Part shown: positions 61,400 to 64,000 of the stretch, one piece after another
Numbering within the stretch: position 1 is the stretch's first letter
Layout of the letters: each line of letters opens with the position of its first letter
Assembly: GCA_951813535.1 (NCBI GenBank)
Contig: OX638345.1
Coordinates: 3,028,608-3,092,607 of the forward strand
Direction: 5' to 3'
DNA: 64,000 bases
From: an uncultured Dehalococcoidia bacterium
Lineage (GTDB): Bacteria; Chloroflexota; Dehalococcoidia; Lucifugimonadales; UBA3495
Program-made: the position numbers and the translations under genes
Notes under the pieces: generated by a model
What the model was told of the DNA's origin: nothing
Database searches by the model: none
The model's input: only the letters and a program-made list of their open reading frames with translations

Positions 61400-62716
61400 G
61401 TGCGCGGGTTCTCGCACCGCCTGAACTTCGCCGGCGGTTCCTACAGCCGGGGCCGGGTCTTCTACGGGTGGTGGGTGCTGACCGCCGCCGTCGTTCTGGG
61501 TTTCTTTGCCTTTGGGGTGGTGATCCCGGGGTACCTGGCTTTTTCGGTCCTCATCCGAAATGAGCTCGGCCTGACATCCGGTCAATCGGCCTTTGTGGTC
61601 GGGGCAGCGTGGGGTGTGGGTGACGTAACGTCGCTGGTGGCCGGGTGGCTGGCCGACCGTTACGGCGCTCGCCGTTTGATCCTGGCCGGAGGCCTGCTGT
61701 CGGGACTCGGGTTCGCTGCGCTGGGATTTGCCGAGTCATTCTGGGCCATCGTCGCCGTCTACTCGGTGGCCGCTTCGGTGGGGCGGGGCCTCGGGATTTT
61801 CCCGACCCTGATGACAGTGGTCAACCAGTGGTTCGAGCATCGCAAGGCCTTTGCCCTGGCGGTGATCAACACCGCAGTCGTGGCCGGAGCGGCGGCGCTC
61901 CTTCCGGCGCTGAACCTCGCCGCGGACCAGATCGGATGGAGGATCACGGCGATCATCGCCGGCGTCCTGGTGTGCGTCCTCACATTGCCCGCCACGGCGG
62001 TCATCCGCAGCCGGCCCGAGGATATGTGCCTGCAACCCCTCGGCGCGGGTAGCATTGATCGGAGACCCTCGGGCCGGAGGTGGGGGCGCATCGACTCCGC
62101 CGCCGACTTCCCGCGAAGGGATTACTCAGTGACCCAGGCGCTGGCCACCCTGTCCTTTTGGGCGCTTACCATCGGGGCTGCCCTGCGCACCGTTCCGTCT
62201 GATGTGCTGGTCATCAACCAAATCCCGATTCTGATCTGGAAGGACGTGGCCCGGGAGCGTACCGCCTTCTACCTGTCGGTCACCTATTTTGCCACCATTC
62301 CCGCCCGCTTCGGCATGGGTTTGGCCGCCATGTGGGTCTCGCCCCGCTGGCTGCTGAGCGGAGCCATGGCGTTGGTCGCCCTGTGCACCGTTGCCGCTCT
62401 GCTGATGGACGGTGACGCAGTGGCTTGGTTGCTGATTGTTTCTGCGGCAGCCGGGCAGGGCGTTAGCTCCCTGGCCTGGATCACCGTGGGCGAATACTTC
62501 GGCCGCCGCAGCTTCGGCACGCTGGTGGGGATCATGATCCTGTTCTACGGCATCTGCGGACCGGTGGTGCCGGGGGCGGCCGGATGGGTGTTCGACCGCA
62601 CGGGGAGTTTCGTTCCGGTGCTGGTGGCAGTTGGCGTGCTTCAGGCGGTGTCCGCCGCGTCGTTCCTGTTGGCGCGGCGTCCCACAAGTGCCCATGCCAG
62701 CAGCGTCGCGCCGTAG
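61400..62716 (+). CDS. MFS transporter
   Basis: 12-TM profile with GWLADRYGARRL (MFS motif A-like) after TM2. Confidence 0.8.
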   Translation: MRGFSHRLNFAGGSYSRGRVFYGWWVLTAAVVLGFFAFGVVIPGYLAFSVLIRNELGLTSGQSAFVVGAAWGVGDVTSLVAGWLADRYGARRLILAGGLLSGLGFAALGFAESFWAIVAVYSVAASVGRGLGIFPTLMTVVNQWFEHRKAFALAVINTAVVAGAAALLPALNLAADQIGWRITAIIAGVLVCVLTLPATAVIRSRPEDMCLQPLGAGSIDRRPSGRRWGRIDSAADFPRRDYSVTQALATLSFWALTIGAALRTVPSDVLVINQIPILIWKDVARERTAFYLSVTYFATIPARFGMGLAAMWVSPRWLLSGAMALVALCTVAALLMDGDAVAWLLIVSAAAGQGVSSLAWITVGEYFGRRSFGTLVGIMILFYGICGPVVPGAAGWVFDRTGSFVPVLVAVGVLQAVSAASFLLARRPTSAHASSVAP

Positions 62717-62734
62717 TATTCCGGCCTGTTGCGG

Positions 62735-64000
62735 ATGGCACGTGCGCGCCAGACGATGCCGCGTCGTGGGCGCGGCATCTACTACGGCTGGTGGGTGCTG
62801 GCGGCCGCGGCAGCGACCGGCTTCCTTGGATTCGGCGCGATGATTCCCGGGTTCCTGGTGTTTGCGGCGCCCATCGAAGAAGAGCTGGGCATCGACCAGT
62901 CACAATTTGCGTTCGTGGTTGGCGCCGCCTGGGCGGTCGGCAACCTCGCGGCCCTGGGGGCGGGATGGCTGGCAGACCGGTACGGGGGACGACGGCTGGT
63001 CCTGATCGGCGGGGTGCTGAGCTGTGCGGGGTTCGCGGCAGTGGCTGGCGTGAACTCTTATTGGCAACTGGTGCTGGCCTATTCCGGGATCGCGGCCATC
63101 GGCCGGGGCATCGGAATCGTCCCCAACCTGATGACCATCGCCAACCAGTGGTTCGTGCGGCGGAAGGCGCTGACGATGACGCTGCTGAACACCGCCTTCG
63201 CGGGCGGAGCGGCGGTGATGGTCCCGTTGCTGGCCTGGTGCGAGGGCGAGTTCGGATGGCGGGCGACCGTCCTGTGGGCGGCTGCATTGTCCGGGCTGCT
63301 GGTTATCGCAGCGGCCACGGTGATCAGAAGCCGGCCGGAAGACGTCGGGCTACTGCCGGACGGCGCGCGCCCACCGCCAACCGGCGCGGGCACAGCGCCC
63401 AACCGGCGGATCGAGCCGGTCTATTCAGACTCGGACTTCACTCTGAGGCAGGCGGTGTCTACGCCAGCATTCTGGCTGATGACGGCCGCGGTTACGCTGC
63501 GCATCGCGTCGGCGGACGCCCTGGTTATCAACCAGATACCGATGCTGGTCTGGAAGGGCATCCCGCAGGAGCAGGCGGCCTTCTACCTGTCGTCAACCTT
63601 CCTTGCCATCATACCCATCAGGATCGCCATGGGGTTAGCCGTCACCTGGATCCCCTCACGATGGCTGCTCATCGGCGGAATGTCGGTTGGCGCAGTTGGA
63701 ACCGCGGCGTTCATCCCGGGATCCGGTTACGGCGCGGCGGCGATGTTCGTGCTGTCCATCGCCGCCACCGAGGGGGTAGCCACGCTGGGATGGCTTGCCG
63801 TTGGCGAGTACTTTGGCCGGCGCAGCTTCGGGTCCCTGGTGGGCATCATGACGGTGAGCTTCGGCCTCGGATCGCTGGTCGCTCCGGCGGCGGCGGGATG
63901 GATCTTCGTGCAGACCGACACGTACTCGTCAGCGCTTGTGGCGGCGGCCGCGCTTCAGTTGGCATCGGGCCTGTGCTACTTCCTGGCCCGAAAGCCGGTA
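62735..64000 (+). CDS. MFS transporter, tandem paralog (runs to the right edge)
   Basis: Not in the ORF track because there is no stop in the window. ATG 62735 opens MARARQTMPRRGRGIYYGWWVLAAAA..GWLADRYGGRRLVLIGG.., collinear with the upstream MFS. The frame is open for 422 codons to position 64000. Confidence 0.8.
   Translation, partial: MARARQTMPRRGRGIYYGWWVLAAAAATGFLGFGAMIPGFLVFAAPIEEELGIDQSQFAFVVGAAWAVGNLAALGAGWLADRYGGRRLVLIGGVLSCAGFAAVAGVNSYWQLVLAYSGIAAIGRGIGIVPNLMTIANQWFVRRKALTMTLLNTAFAGGAAVMVPLLAWCEGEFGWRATVLWAAALSGLLVIAAATVIRSRPEDVGLLPDGARPPPTGAGTAPNRRIEPVYSDSDFTLRQAVSTPAFWLMTAAVTLRIASADALVINQIPMLVWKGIPQEQAAFYLSSTFLAIIPIRIAMGLAVTWIPSRWLLIGGMSVGAVGTAAFIPGSGYGAAAMFVLSIAATEGVATLGWLAVGEYFGRRSFGSLVGIMTVSFGLGSLVAPAAAGWIFVQTDTYSSALVAAAALQLASGLCYFLARKPV

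Noticed and set aside
62532-63287. 251-aa Pro/Arg-rich minus-strand ORF
   Set aside because: It is antisense to the two MFS genes and its composition is implausible.
1-64000. Scan for CRISPR arrays, rRNA, tmRNA/RNase P-like RNAs, integrases, reverse transcriptases and phage structural genes
   Set aside because: None were recognised by eye on either strand. Absence is not proven without covariance-model searches.

Overview
This is a high-GC bacterial chromosomal window. Hand counts give about 62-78% GC in core genes. About 70 genes are supported, most of them housekeeping or catabolic. Gene content suggests an aerobic heterotroph of Chloroflexota / SAR202-like flavour: three LLM-type flavin oxidoreductases, four P450s, amidohydrolases, pdxST and plsY. 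That taxonomic call is inference only. Core genes: nuoA-B-C-[2 small ORFs]-D, trmD, speH-speE, tRNA-Gly(GCC), scoAB-like CoA transferase, plsY, ilvE, cysC, tmk, pdxST, rnc, aroC-aroE, valS, a peptide-type ABC importer (binding protein plus 2 permeases, no ATPases) and two tandem MFS transporters. Five small low-GC (38-52%) or mobile patches interrupt this backbone. (1) 27.4-29.2 kb holds a translationally coupled ABC/SMC-like ATPase plus a small TOPRIM-like protein, abutted by an IS5-family element. This is my best candidate for an undescribed, OLD/PARIS/AbiL-related antiphage module. (2) 21.75-22.4 kb holds a small protein plus a DTGF-type retropepsin-like protease cassette. (3) 45.9-46.5 kb holds a HicB-like plus degenerate HicA-like cassette inserted inside a tandem array of four P450 genes and a ferredoxin. 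(4) Two HicB-fold ORFs are wedged, translationally coupled, between nuoC and nuoD. (5) A second IS5-family element with a CTAA target duplication lies between the ABC operon and valS. Two genes truncated in the ORF track are better explained as selenoproteins with in-frame TGA. One is an Rdx/SelW-like protein (C-V-P-U). The other is an Rv2466c/DsbA-like protein (U-P-F-V in place of CPWC). No rRNA, CRISPR array, integrase or prophage was seen. All family assignments come from motif reading by eye, and no database search was run.
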